Shown: one piece after another, positions 10,801 through 18,600 of the stretch
How the letters are laid out: each line of letters starts with the position of its first letter
Position numbering within the stretch: position 1 is the stretch's first letter
From: a virus
Taxonomy: Duplodnaviria > Caudoviricetes
Length of the DNA: 31,040 nt
Virus record (IMG/VR): IMGVR_UViG_3300017716_001892
Span: 1-31,040 of that record
Strand: one strand, 5' to 3'
The notes under the pieces: model-generated
Database searches by the model: none
What the model saw: the letters and a program-made list of their open reading frames with translations, nothing else
What the model was told of the DNA's origin: nothing
Position numbers and translations under genes: made by a program

Positions 10801-11248
10801 ACAATTCTCCTCCAGCCCCTCTAATTGTCATATAATCACCAAGCCCGGTTTGCTCGGGTTTCAATCCATATAAGGCTAGTTTGTTTTCTATTTTTTTTTG
10901 AACAACCTCTTCGGGTCCCTGCAGGTCTTCCCATATAACTAAATCGCCGTCCACCTTTTTTTGCAGAGCAGGTGCAACAACAGGTTTTGGTTTTTCTTTA
11001 ACCGGCGCACTTACTTTCTTTTTAGGCCCTACAACAGCGTCAGCGGGATTAACCGGTTTTTCATCCCATGGATTTACCCGTGTAGAAGAAGCCGCAGATT
11101 TTTTGTCTACGGCTTTTTCTTTTTTCTCTACTAATTTTACTTTGGATTTTCTTATATACTCGTCAAGTGTAATACTTTGCTTTTTAGCAGCCGTATTTAA
11201 TTGATCTTCTGTATATGTTTGCCCATTTGGGTGTAAATATTCGTTCAT
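1874..11248 (-). CDS. Giant (3124 aa) putative virion-ejected polyvalent protein: zincin, SHOCT-like repeats, sigma-2-like, PD-(D/E)xK-like and HAD phosphatase domains
   Basis: Last gene of the virion operon, in the cargo-protein position. Motifs: HELLH...EE (~aa 1045-1105), GLLDLIIAYNPKDGVPLAAYINKYL (~aa 1390-1415), D...EIK (~aa 1845-1862), VFDFDDTL / ILTARP / K / FADD (~aa 2098-2235), and a basic C-terminal tail. Confidence 0.75.
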   Translation of the reverse strand: MNEYLHPNGQTYTEDQLNTAAKKQSITLDEYIRKSKVKLVEKKEKAVDKKSAASSTRVNPWDEKPVNPADAVVGPKKKVSAPVKEKPKPVVAPALQKKVDGDLVIWEDLQGPEEVVQKKIENKLALYGLKPEQTGLGDYMTIRGAGGELLGKTQGVEGGTEMAADLAPVPVGGVVFKTSKEDLANSAKQLNNYIKTYGNKNYASEALNKYGKQLRKMDSVVKSLSRTPEQKQKVYIGDLEDKFKAAETPDITGVASGGLTMGTTANIANREKITLKEKDFTGELEGQYENYKRWKAGMPMAMPSESELENFIHAKNQDEKELLATKYMSNLKPGERTALTAINVNREKTYNKILKGQTDLENELGFFKIEVEEFNKNPSNPAERKKLMDKAALLQNRTDDFVAYASQNRVDVNSLKAQMKAGFASYDRLEQVATGLKSTATGLVYGAAELGSVALAATGAVLSGKDTFSNNYSFLKRNVLDPIYGVKADLGKEAEGFQRDLKVSEISDLEDVGRWTASVLTQAPSSAAMALTGEFSMPLFFLSGIGEKRFEIEKEKYDATVRIKENTELLAKGGLSADDERMAMQQIFDDKKLLAIPEGVNIASEVLSGGAEVLFERLGTLSILKNTGNILKSLPEVTLKKTLKQVGKQFVTSIPEEGLTEGATQVTNNFGDIYLRGKKTMNMFDNVVDASLAGGVMGPGFAAMGSVSPITQALQSEVRTKQERQDRQALLDKIKQITGQVVGDNVSANQIKNDPTIKAEVKDIVLQMIGKVGELDQAAMNRLANTLDYEKAHRVGEINARVRAINDAMAKAAMQYSNDGLTGVELKGIKDHYEAEYTELDKEKDNILMQGATGKTKVQVGEELTKTKDNFDFSVNAGYNLYTAALLSKTKLEVAKKWSASDKETKRKYYEQAELNAGKTLTKEELETQASELFVNEDFKKQINADADATRKMMEALGINNSLTLVDNKAADLNNPDAKPTSARVQMYEVVKSEYKKGNINTVQYKKALSDIRSGTMNAFVTKGGAMYVNVHASAENGKVSPSSHELLHNIVYNKFGTDSATANKAGENLLSYLEKYNPEYFVIVEQQMKAYVDKKTGEKAYDYGEEVMNALSDAFRDKTPSPSVLRQVGEYLSKLASGKFFNINTFDPTDIDSTNGRSVYEFVKSYSEGIRRKEEGRNVKIKNTRLNASVDDNETEETQPRRLAQSKSLQTRLDDLKDSYELGEIDDYEYEQKTNAIEKQMAVEAAKKPSTQGKTIQQRMDDLDDQLYNDDIDYDTYEAKMDALVKEEKQGPKPVVKEEPKAEVKKETKPVKKEKKEESLEDEAKAVMLENKGKIASEKVQEIYNKKGVGGADEIIKLFAPIVDKLVDKRKDAPGFERSLLKDEINTGKGGLLDLIIAYNPKDGVPLAAYINKYLPVRAITASRRVLDDQFSKDVTEQKDLMASETADQGMRTSLPEKPKYTTILESNILDKETLTSIKDKVTREIRVLKSKINEPVSINRTVSPLIKDILEAMGSQADIDIKKFLGVVAEGELKRNLLKFKKVVLENMTTTFLAGKDNGKEVLGGIPQAIQKSVGGRWLSYPEWVGKNVDRESTSTDLAGRTSGHLLIRRTPNVNNFVTNEEYIGQFIGPDGKVLRGRKEAISKAIGEEVSLDIVIDDFLNDGPISDAFVANQAKHIEATKDILEAEFKRQSERGNIKFSSSLGARQTIQLYNAIKNSMDKNTGSFKADVRVIIDDKDSAFNDIAERLINKLTKPAEREKRRVVIQNFKKELLSTPHMARLLTKLRELNESVAANVAEKKVLAAVKSNISFIKKSIEAKSGEKADVKILSTSKTAYDSTKVDLEVGIGKGKGSIVLKMEIKANENAQFSSFTVEDPRSPESNKNKIYADITMSTGENFSDIAKNDPGFKEYLSYAEQTGPGNYILSKDEYYRLQDEKIQRKATFSREIQGNLVLDLYGEKGIDLVTIDGVLLAIDKGLGEKLGIPYLGDYNFNLAVRVAKKSDKDNIITFGFRAFPTLTAESKKKFKTEQVKDGTLSILDDTVGSKTKVADIFGEIYKQKALLQAINKSVAVGIKAIAQQQVESMTNNGEVKKIRVFDFDDTLAQTKSNVYYTMPDGYRGILTAAEFAKDGGDLAADGAEFDFSDFSQVKEGTKGPLFDVAKTISDKTSGEVFILTARPANSAGPIHEFLKSLGLNIPVENITGLGNSSPQAKADWLVQKAADGYNDFYFADDQLANVAAVKTALSDLNIKSRAQQAKPKSGLFNSEQVKSLKEEIELNYNATLKLGKENNDIRTSLFNYDSPISQKISNGVDLRITEGLIRDNKKTYLLYADGNPVGEFKSVADAKGTVKFIEDNLIKPIEIQEGTGNIKFSKSLDTKFNTMIARDKGISPAIRYSDITAKRQGAKKGRLRFFVPPSAEDFAGLLYNFLGKGAQGEKDMEFFNKTLIDPYWKGVRAIDSARQSLKKDFKYLSAAFPNASAKLKKIIPNEQFTYDQAVRVYLWEKEGKEIPGISKRDKTVLIRVVNNDPELKKFANGLETINPAQDGWTDPSEFWDSKTIVSELYELTEKVGRKKFLKTFIENSEVIFSDQNMNKIEALYGTKFREALEDILYRMKNGSNRSIGSSRIVNLWTNWVNDSTGVIMFLNAKSAILQTLGAINYLNMSDNNPIAAAMAFANFKQYAADFAKIISSDEINERREGLKGDVSAAEIANAAATSKNKLAAVKNYLLTIGFTPTQVADAFAIAVGGASFYRNRVNTYKAEMVEKDGVSVRRHTDEKAEELAWRDFTKTTEETQQSSDPALISQQQASVLGRMVLAFNNTGMQYNRLIKKSFRDLKNGRGDAKTHIGKIIYYGAIQNIIFTTLQKALFATMFDEDEEGEEELTLSQKKKKEEQKAKEESKIFEMVNDMGDTILRGTGLTGAVLTVLKNTIRMYVEQSNKDNGDQAKTLLQMLNISPPIGSKVAKVYSAINIAKYDKDVIAKMGGSVTIDGKLNISPAYQIGGKLISAATNIPADRIVTKVNNIAEALDNRNSALQRTALMLGWSPYSLKVENEEQEGLKEEAKTEKKKDKFTLSKEDVRALPLEERKEYMRGKMKKRIEDRKAKLKEKREELKKRKKLYE
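7385..7635 (-). repeat. Two intragenic ~36-aa SHOCT-like helical repeats in the giant protein
   Basis: QSKSLQTRLDDLKDSYELGEIDDYEYEQKTNAIEKQ versus QGKTIQQRMDDLDDQLYNDDIDYDTYEAKMDALVKE. Confidence 0.65.
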
Positions 11249-11270
11249 ATATAAAATTAATAATGTTTAA

Positions 11271-12836
11271 TTATTTCTTTTTTGGTTTTGCTCCAAGACC
11301 TATACCGCTTTTAGCTTTAGTATAATTAACATTTGTATAACCAGGCATAGGTACGGCAACTTTTGTGCTTGCCTCGCTTGTGTCGTTATTTGTTAATAAT
11401 TTTGTTGTTCCGGGAGAGTAAGCCGTCCAAGTATTGTCTTCATTTTTTGCTATATAGTAATTTCTAAAAGCGTAAGAACTTGAAAAATATTGTGTGCCCG
11501 CTGTAGCTGTTTTAGGATCTGAAGATATTGCATCAAAATCCTTGCTTCTTTTTTTGGAAAGCCCATCCCATACGCTGCCTTTTGGATTATCTGATTCGGA
11601 ATTAGTTGTTGGGCCTTCTATAACACTAATCGTTTGTTCTAGTTTACCAGTTTCATCTGTAGAAGGATAGTCCCGTATATGGTTTAAATAAAACGGAGTA
11701 AATAGCCTTATAAAATCTTCGCCTTTCACTTTAACCCATTTTTCTTCCTCCGTAGGTTCTTTTATTTTGTCTTTTGCATCCGGGTGAGAGGCATTCCACG
11801 CGGGAATCAATTGATCTATATATAAATCGGTTCCACCCCATTTTGATTCGCCCAATATGCCTGCGGCAACTGTGCCTATATGTTTTTCAACAGCTGGGTC
11901 TTTTGCTAATTTTAATCGATCTATTTTCATTTCATAATTTGTAACCCCCATTACCGCATTATTAGCGCCTTTTACTGGTTTAGTGGGTAGTGGAGTTTTA
12001 TTTATATATGTCGTGTTAATAATTTTTCCATCAAATAGCATATTTCCCTTATCATCTTTTTTCATCCCCAAGACGCTAGAAAGTACTTGATTATTAAGTG
12101 AATTATTAATTAGGTCATCAACAACTGGCACCCCTCTAACAAAGCTACCATCTTCCTTTAGCATATCGCCAAACGTAAATAAATCTATTTCCGGCGGTGG
12201 AGTGCCATCAGGCATAGTGAAAGAATTCTTATCAAATGTTATGGCTACACTTGGGGTTCCATCGTTTGGTTTAAATTTAGTTCCATAACTTGGGGTTTTG
12301 GTAAGCACATTAATAGCTTGAGCAAGCCTTTCTTTTTTATTAGCACTTGCTATCCCGCCTTGATTTCCCAAGCCTTTTGAATTCATTGTTATAAAATTGT
12401 CATACTCCGCAGCGGCCCATCCGGAAAAACCTTTGAATTGATCTATAACATTGCTCGTTTTAACCATTCCTTGCTTTAATTCAAATGGACTTGTATTTGA
12501 ATTATTAACCTCGGCATTAAGGCCTGCGTAATAAGTCCCGCCGTCATACAGCCCCGACATGTCAACACCAGGATTCTTCTGTTTCATGACGCTAACATCA
12601 TCGCTATATTTGCCAATGCCGTTTAGCAGCATTGTTTTTTTCTCGTCAGTATCCTTTTGTAACTTTTTGTCGTCTTCTTTTTTTTGTTCTTTCTCCTCGT
12701 CCCTCTTTTCTTTTTCTCTAGCAACTATTGCATTTGTAACCCCTTGCCCTGCGGCGGTTATAGTTTGTTGTAGATTTCTCCAGTGTTGACCTGATTGAGT
12801 ATCTATTGCTGTTTCCGGATTTTCGTATGCTCCCAT
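11271..12836 (-). CDS. Hypothetical protein, probable ejected/internal virion (cargo) protein
   Basis: 521 aa ORF with an N-terminal G/A-rich helix followed by a highly charged coiled coil; lies between the small ejection-like protein and the giant protein. Confidence 0.55.
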   Translation of the reverse strand: MGAYENPETAIDTQSGQHWRNLQQTITAAGQGVTNAIVAREKEKRDEEKEQKKEDDKKLQKDTDEKKTMLLNGIGKYSDDVSVMKQKNPGVDMSGLYDGGTYYAGLNAEVNNSNTSPFELKQGMVKTSNVIDQFKGFSGWAAAEYDNFITMNSKGLGNQGGIASANKKERLAQAINVLTKTPSYGTKFKPNDGTPSVAITFDKNSFTMPDGTPPPEIDLFTFGDMLKEDGSFVRGVPVVDDLINNSLNNQVLSSVLGMKKDDKGNMLFDGKIINTTYINKTPLPTKPVKGANNAVMGVTNYEMKIDRLKLAKDPAVEKHIGTVAAGILGESKWGGTDLYIDQLIPAWNASHPDAKDKIKEPTEEEKWVKVKGEDFIRLFTPFYLNHIRDYPSTDETGKLEQTISVIEGPTTNSESDNPKGSVWDGLSKKRSKDFDAISSDPKTATAGTQYFSSSYAFRNYYIAKNEDNTWTAYSPGTTKLLTNNDTSEASTKVAVPMPGYTNVNYTKAKSGIGLGAKPKKK

Positions 12837-12848
12837 ATTTTATTTTTA

Positions 12849-13625
12849 TTAAATTGTACCCCATTTGCTAGCAACGCCAGCTTGTGTAACTTGACTACCC
12901 GCGCTAACAATTCCTCCAATCATACCGGTCAATGCTCCAGTATAATCCGCTGATGCCTGCATTTCTTGTTGTTGAGCACCGCCCAACTGAGAACTTAATC
13001 TGTTTAATTGACCAATGTCTCTGTTTTCCTGCGCTTGGAACATAAATTCTTTACCGGCCACCCCAGCTTGTTGCATTCTTTGCTCCTCAGACATTTGAAT
13101 GCCTTGCATTCTTTGCGCCTCTGATAATTGAATACCCATTTTTTGTTGTTGAAGGTCGGCTTGGCCTTGCGCTCTTAGTTTATCATTTTGAGATTCTTGC
13201 TGTTCTAAACTAGCGGAAATTCCTTGTTTAGCTTTCAGTGCTGCCTGTGCTAATGCCGTTGCTCCACCCGCGCTTGCTCCGGTTTCTCTTAATGTATCTA
13301 AAGTGTTTGCTAAAGACAAATCAATTTGTTCGGCTTCAAATTTGGCCGCATTAGTAGCAACACCTAAATTCGCGTATGGATTACTTAATTTATCAGCAAG
13401 GTATGACATATCTTTTGCTAAGCCACTAACATTCTTAACACCCGCATAAGGGTTTATTATTGCTTGTCTATTTTTTTCAATAGAAGCTATTTGTGCATTT
13501 AGAGCAGCTGCTCGTCTAGCCGCTTCCCGGCGTGCTTTATCGGCTGCACCCATACCTATTATTCCGCTTGCTATAGAAGCAAGGGCGGTGGTTCCACCTA
13601 TTATTCCGGCCGCTACCATTGTCAT
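12849..13625 (-). CDS. Putative small ejection / DNA-pilot protein (A/G/Q-rich)
   Basis: 258 aa. Hydrophobic Gly/Ala N-terminus (MVAAGIIGGTTALASIASGIIGMG), then a basic coiled coil, a Q-rich middle and a hydrophobic C-terminus (GALTGMIGGIVSAG), as in podovirus ejection proteins. Confidence 0.6.
   Translation of the reverse strand: MTMVAAGIIGGTTALASIASGIIGMGAADKARREAARRAAALNAQIASIEKNRQAIINPYAGVKNVSGLAKDMSYLADKLSNPYANLGVATNAAKFEAEQIDLSLANTLDTLRETGASAGGATALAQAALKAKQGISASLEQQESQNDKLRAQGQADLQQQKMGIQLSEAQRMQGIQMSEEQRMQQAGVAGKEFMFQAQENRDIGQLNRLSSQLGGAQQQEMQASADYTGALTGMIGGIVSAGSQVTQAGVASKWGTI
13071..13136. repeat. 33-bp in-frame tandem duplication
   Basis: ttgcattctttgctcctcagacatttgaatgcc and ttgcattctttgcgcctctgataattgaatacc (28/33 identical), encoding GIQLSEAQRMQ-GIQMSEEQRMQ. 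Confidence 0.85.
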
Positions 13626-13628
13626 AAT

Positions 13629-14102
13629 TTATTCTTTTAAAAGTTTGTATTCATTATATTGTTCATAAGAATCAAATGTTAATATTCGTTCTAACTCATC
13701 TATATCAGTGATATTATCTGGATTAAAAAATACATTAACAAATATGGAATCTTCTACTGCTCGTATTACACGTTTTGTTCCTTCAGGCGCATTAACATAA
13801 CAAGGGGCAATAAAATAATTTACCCCCTCATCAGTTGCTATTTCAAGCTCACCGCTTAATAAAAACCAAGTATGATTATATTTATGCAGTTTGCCAACTA
13901 CTAAACCGTCTTTCATCATAAACATTTCTCTTATATAAATGCCATGCGCAAAAGAATGCTTTAATGGGAATGCATCTGAATTGCCAACAACCACCCCGGG
14001 CAGATCACTATTAATCAGATTTTGCTCTAACATTGTAACCTTATCTATAAAGGTTTTACTTATAATCCTATTCTCTTTATTTAATTGAATTTCACTTGTC
14101 AT
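13629..14102 (-). CDS. Cupin (double-stranded beta-helix) fold protein
   Basis: 157 aa. HSFAHGIYIREMFMMKDGLVVGKLHKYNHTWFLLSGEL and APCYVNAPEGTKRVIRAVEDS resemble cupin motifs 1 and 2. Its start overlaps the upstream stop (TAATG). Confidence 0.7.
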   Translation of the reverse strand: MTSEIQLNKENRIISKTFIDKVTMLEQNLINSDLPGVVVGNSDAFPLKHSFAHGIYIREMFMMKDGLVVGKLHKYNHTWFLLSGELEIATDEGVNYFIAPCYVNAPEGTKRVIRAVEDSIFVNVFFNPDNITDIDELERILTFDSYEQYNEYKLLKE

Positions 14103-15661
14103 TAATATGATGAATTTGAATAATTTGTAGAAGAAGCAAATATCTCTGTACGGGTGCCAGGGGATCCATATAAGGAGTTATCTAATGAAAATTGTACTGT
14201 AGCATAGAAACCTTTTAAACCACTCATAGATTGACCGTAAATAACATCACCTTGGCCTATTTGAGTTATATTCATAAGGTTTGCAAAATATTTATTTTCT
14301 TTCTTTTTAAAATTGTTAGAAAATAGCTGAGCTTCCATTATGCCTATTGAATTCACTTGTGCATATTCGGCAATAGCCGCGGCGTTATCAGTGTCAGTAT
14401 ACATAGAGGTCATTTCCCAGCCGATGCCTCCTTCGTAATTGATTGTGCTAAAATTCTTAACGGTAGACGGAGCGTCATTAAATACAAAAGTTATACTAGA
14501 CGGTGAAATAGCACCATAAAAGGAACTATTATTTACGGTGTCGGAATAATGTTTCCAAATCCCACCACTTTTAAATGTATAAAAATTATTTTTTAAACTT
14601 CCGCCAAATTCCGGTCGGTAAGAATATCTACTCACCCACCCGTTTGAATCTTCGTCAAATGCCAAGGTAGCATAGTTATCCGCTGTTGTTCCTTGACCAA
14701 TGTTATTTACCGAGGGCTGCACAGACAATACATATTGTTTATTATGCATGTCCCACATTCCAGCCATTTTACTATTATCACCCGTATTGAAAAATAGATC
14801 TCTAAAATAATCCGTCAATCCATACGCTGATATTTCTGTTATGCCGTCTTGTGATAATCTTAAGACAGCATTCTGGCTTTTATCGGTAAAATATTTTCTA
14901 TATCCGTAAACAGCGAAACTTTCGGGATCTCTACTTATACCGTAATTACCAGCATAAGCTTGTATCTGTCCAATAACAAGATTACCGGAGGTCGTCATTG
15001 CTTGCCCATCAGCTGAATAAACAGCTTGTTTATCAATCAATGCTCTACTAACTTTTGATTCTTGGAATATTGTTAAATTAGTATCTTCAGCGTATAACTT
15101 TTGTATTGATCCATTTGAAGGATCAACAGACCTAGTTATGTCTTCGCCGGTAGGAAACTGATTTGTATTATTAATATTCGTTTTAGGGTTATATAATCCA
15201 GAATATATAATATGGTTTGGCAAATATTTTTGATTTATTTTATCTTCCTCAACATAAGCTTTTGCTCCTAAATCAGTTATTGTATTGTTATACCCACCAC
15301 GTATTCTAGCTTCTTCAATTACCCAGTCAACATCTATGTCCTCCACATATGCGGCTGGTATATATGTAAAATCAACAATCGGGCCAAACTCTAATACGGT
15401 TGTAGCTGCTATTGTTTGGTTAGAGCTAACGGTTATTGTCGATCCAGAAACCCCTGTAACAAATGGCTCTGTTGCGCTTATGCCGCTACCTCTAACTCTC
15501 TGTCCAACTCCTATTAATGGATTTGACGCACTTAATACTATTGTTTTACTAGCTGAGGTTGCTACGCTAACTATACCAGTTGTATCTCTAACGGATGTTA
15601 TTGATTTTAATTTCTTCAGCCAGAATGAGTTAAAGTATTTTAATTCTAATGTTGCAGCCAT
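14102..15661 (-). CDS. Tail muzzle/stabilization protein, C-terminal part (Crassvirales muzzle / P22 gp10-like)
   Basis: 519 aa. IIYSGLYN..TNINNTNQF, GSIQKLYAEDTNLTIFQESKVSRAL, YGISRDPESFA.YGYRKYFTDK..AVLRLSQDGITEIS.YG and KKKENKYFA match the stabilization-protein C-terminal region as I recall it. Confidence 0.75.
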   Translation of the reverse strand: MAATLELKYFNSFWLKKLKSITSVRDTTGIVSVATSASKTIVLSASNPLIGVGQRVRGSGISATEPFVTGVSGSTITVSSNQTIAATTVLEFGPIVDFTYIPAAYVEDIDVDWVIEEARIRGGYNNTITDLGAKAYVEEDKINQKYLPNHIIYSGLYNPKTNINNTNQFPTGEDITRSVDPSNGSIQKLYAEDTNLTIFQESKVSRALIDKQAVYSADGQAMTTSGNLVIGQIQAYAGNYGISRDPESFAVYGYRKYFTDKSQNAVLRLSQDGITEISAYGLTDYFRDLFFNTGDNSKMAGMWDMHNKQYVLSVQPSVNNIGQGTTADNYATLAFDEDSNGWVSRYSYRPEFGGSLKNNFYTFKSGGIWKHYSDTVNNSSFYGAISPSSITFVFNDAPSTVKNFSTINYEGGIGWEMTSMYTDTDNAAAIAEYAQVNSIGIMEAQLFSNNFKKKENKYFANLMNITQIGQGDVIYGQSMSGLKGFYATVQFSLDNSLYGSPGTRTEIFASSTNYSNSSY

Positions 15662-15690
15662 ACTTAATAATTACTTATTTTTTCTATATT

Positions 15691-18600
15691 TTAGATAATT
15701 GTTTGTGAAATATTTTCATGATAATTATTTACAAACTCGCGGGTAGCACCTTCTCCATCTATCCATGTTTTAGACGTGTTATTTGTCCACGCTGTCATTA
15801 TTAGCGGTGCAAGATGCGGTAACTTCTTGGTCATCGTTACATCTTTTACATGATATATATCTTCTAATTGCAGTTGTGTTAATGGTATTGGTGACTCGTA
15901 CATTGCCCACGGGTTCCAATTCAGGTCGGATAAATCCCAAAATGGAATAACTAAACCATTTGCATCAAATCTAGCGCAAAAATTAGGTTGGAGAGTGACA
16001 TCTGGTTGGTGATCATCATCATCTGCTGATCCCACTTGGTATAACCTAAGTTTATTACGGAATGTGTAAAAAGCATCCGCAACAGGCGGTATCCATTTTT
16101 GCGTCATCAGGCTATCCGTGTAAAAGAATTTAACCTCTGTTCCTGAATTTGTTGGAGAAAACACGTCAACAGATGTTGGAACACCGGCTTGCGGTTCTAT
16201 GTCAAAAACGTGCCCAGCTGGTATTGTTACATTATTCGAGATTGTTATTACATGGGTTGCCTGATTTACAGCAGTTATAAGGGTACCTCCAGGAATAAGA
16301 CTTCCTGATACTTGCATTCCGTCTGTTAATATTATTGGACTGAGTGCCGCCCAAGATGTTTGGTCAAGGGTTATTACATCATCCGCTACAACCGCGGTTA
16401 ATGAGGTAACGGTTCTTTTAAAATCCCAAATCTTTGCATCTTGCTTATTTAACGGAACCCCAGACGCGTTTCCACCAGCGTTATTTATTCTAAAATTATA
16501 TTCATACGCTGTATCTGGGTTTCTATTCCCGCTACCATCATACGTATAATTAGCGTCATCTATTTCAACGGTAACATATGGTCCAATATCTTCTCCGTCT
16601 ATTGTTTTTCTAAACGCTACATTTGAAGTATCTATCATCCTAACAGCTAAGCAATATTCACCTGGCCTAGAGGTTGTAAACGAAACGGATCTTTTTATTG
16701 TAGCGGTTGAATTAGTGCTATAGATACCAAGGCTTGGGTACATCCATATAGATAGTCCACCATCACTTGACGTAAGCCATGGTTTATGTCTAGATAGCAC
16801 AAGGGTTACATCACTAAAATTGTTAATCGATTCTTGCCCCGTTCCATATGGCGCTATATAAGTATCGTTTACTGACATTGTGTATCTATAATATACTGGA
16901 TTACTAAATACCGGACCGTATGGACTTCCCGAGTTGGTTGCCCAAATGCTAGTTACACCATAATTATTTGGATTTGGATAATCCCAAACAGGATTGGAAC
17001 TTGTTCTTGTCATAACAAATCTTTGGTACGGAGCACAATAAACATCCGGCGCCCCTTTATAACTTAATACTTGATTTGGCTCGGTAAGGTAGTAACCCAT
17101 GTTGGGTCCTCCCTCTCGAAACGGGGCACCTGTTGTATATACAAGTGGGCTATAAAATTGCCCCCAACAAAGTCCTCGTCGCGACGGTATGACCTGATTA
17201 AAGTCGCCAGAACTACTCATTGACGTCACTATAGACTTAGCTACATTCCATACTCTACCAGCCATACTTTGCTGCTGCCAAACATTACCGCCAGGATAAC
17301 CAACATTTGAGTAAGGAGTGTCCCCTCCAGCGGACGTATCCCAGCTCATTTCTGTAAAATTATAATTATTATCTGTATTAGGCTGCGCATTAATATTAGC
17401 ATCAGCTAATTTCCAATCAGCTCGACTTGTACTTCCAGTAGGTCTCCAGTATAATAAGAAACTAGCGTGGGCTGCTTGAAACTGCCAAGTTCGTATTGCG
17501 CTTACAGGTGTCGTATTTGGCATTCTGTGCCCGTGTAAATTTACTGTCCATCTCATTGTACCTTGAGACAAAGCGGTTGGAGTATATCCATTTTCAACCG
17601 CTACATTATGTACGGTTTGAAATTGTTTATCCGCGGTTGGCACGTCAGGCATTCTAATGTACCTGTTAATGCCTTGTCCAAAAAGAATGGTTACAGCAGG
17701 TGTTGTTGCGCTTGCTTGTGCGCCAACATATACTAGACCATATCCGTAAGGATGCGCTAACCTAGACACGGGTTGAAGATCATTTTTAGTAATATCCACT
17801 GTTCCAAACGGAGCAGCGTTTTGCCACACTAATGGGCCTGAATTGTACCCTCTAATATGGTCATTTAATTCTGCGGGAATAGATTTTATTATTATTGTTT
17901 CGGTTGCGGACCTACTTGAAAAAGGAATTGAACTAGTTGTAATCAATTCCTGAGGTGATTGAGGATTAGCAAAGGATACCGCGTCCGTAATTTGCACCGT
18001 AATGGTATATACGTCAACAGGAGGAAGGCTTAATAAACTTAATTCGCCAGTTGTTTGGTTTATACTAAAGTAACCGCCACTGTTCCCGCCTGTTATTTCC
18101 CACCATAGCCCGTTAGGTAATTGTAAAGCGGATCCATTTTCTGCACCAATAGTTTCAATTACAGTACCCACATCAGGGGAACTAACTTCCATATCATAAC
18201 CGCCAGGTGTTAAAAATAACGGCTCCTCGTTTTCTAATGAAATTTCAAAAAAATATGGATACGAAATATTATTATACATAAATGAAACATTAAATGTATA
18301 TTTATTTGCGGTTAAACTATTATGTAAAAACTGAAAGTTGTCTTTAATGTATATACGATAATCTCCACTAGCAGCGGGCGACTCAACTATATCAAAAGAT
18401 CCAGCAACAGAGTTATTTGATCCGGCAATAAAAACAGAATCTATGGAAGCGCTAGTCGTCATGACCTTTATTCCTGATTGGTTTAGTGGATATATGTTAT
18501 CCGTTATCCAAGAAGAACCCGCAACTCCAGTTGGTCCACCAAATACATGAGGATCGGTTTTGCTTTGACTCTCTATAAGTTTACTGTCAAATTCATTTAT

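Noticed and set aside
4963-10899. A8/A9 homopolymers in the giant gene (about 4963-4970 and 10891-10899) as programmed frameshift or phase-variation sites
   Set aside because: The frame is intact and such runs are expected from Lys codons in an AT-rich genome; no useful alternative-frame ORF.
15662-15690. Muzzle split as a sequencing error or pseudogene
   Set aside because: There is a clean stop, an AT-rich spacer and a plausible ATG, and ~970 aa of extra domains lie between the conserved halves.
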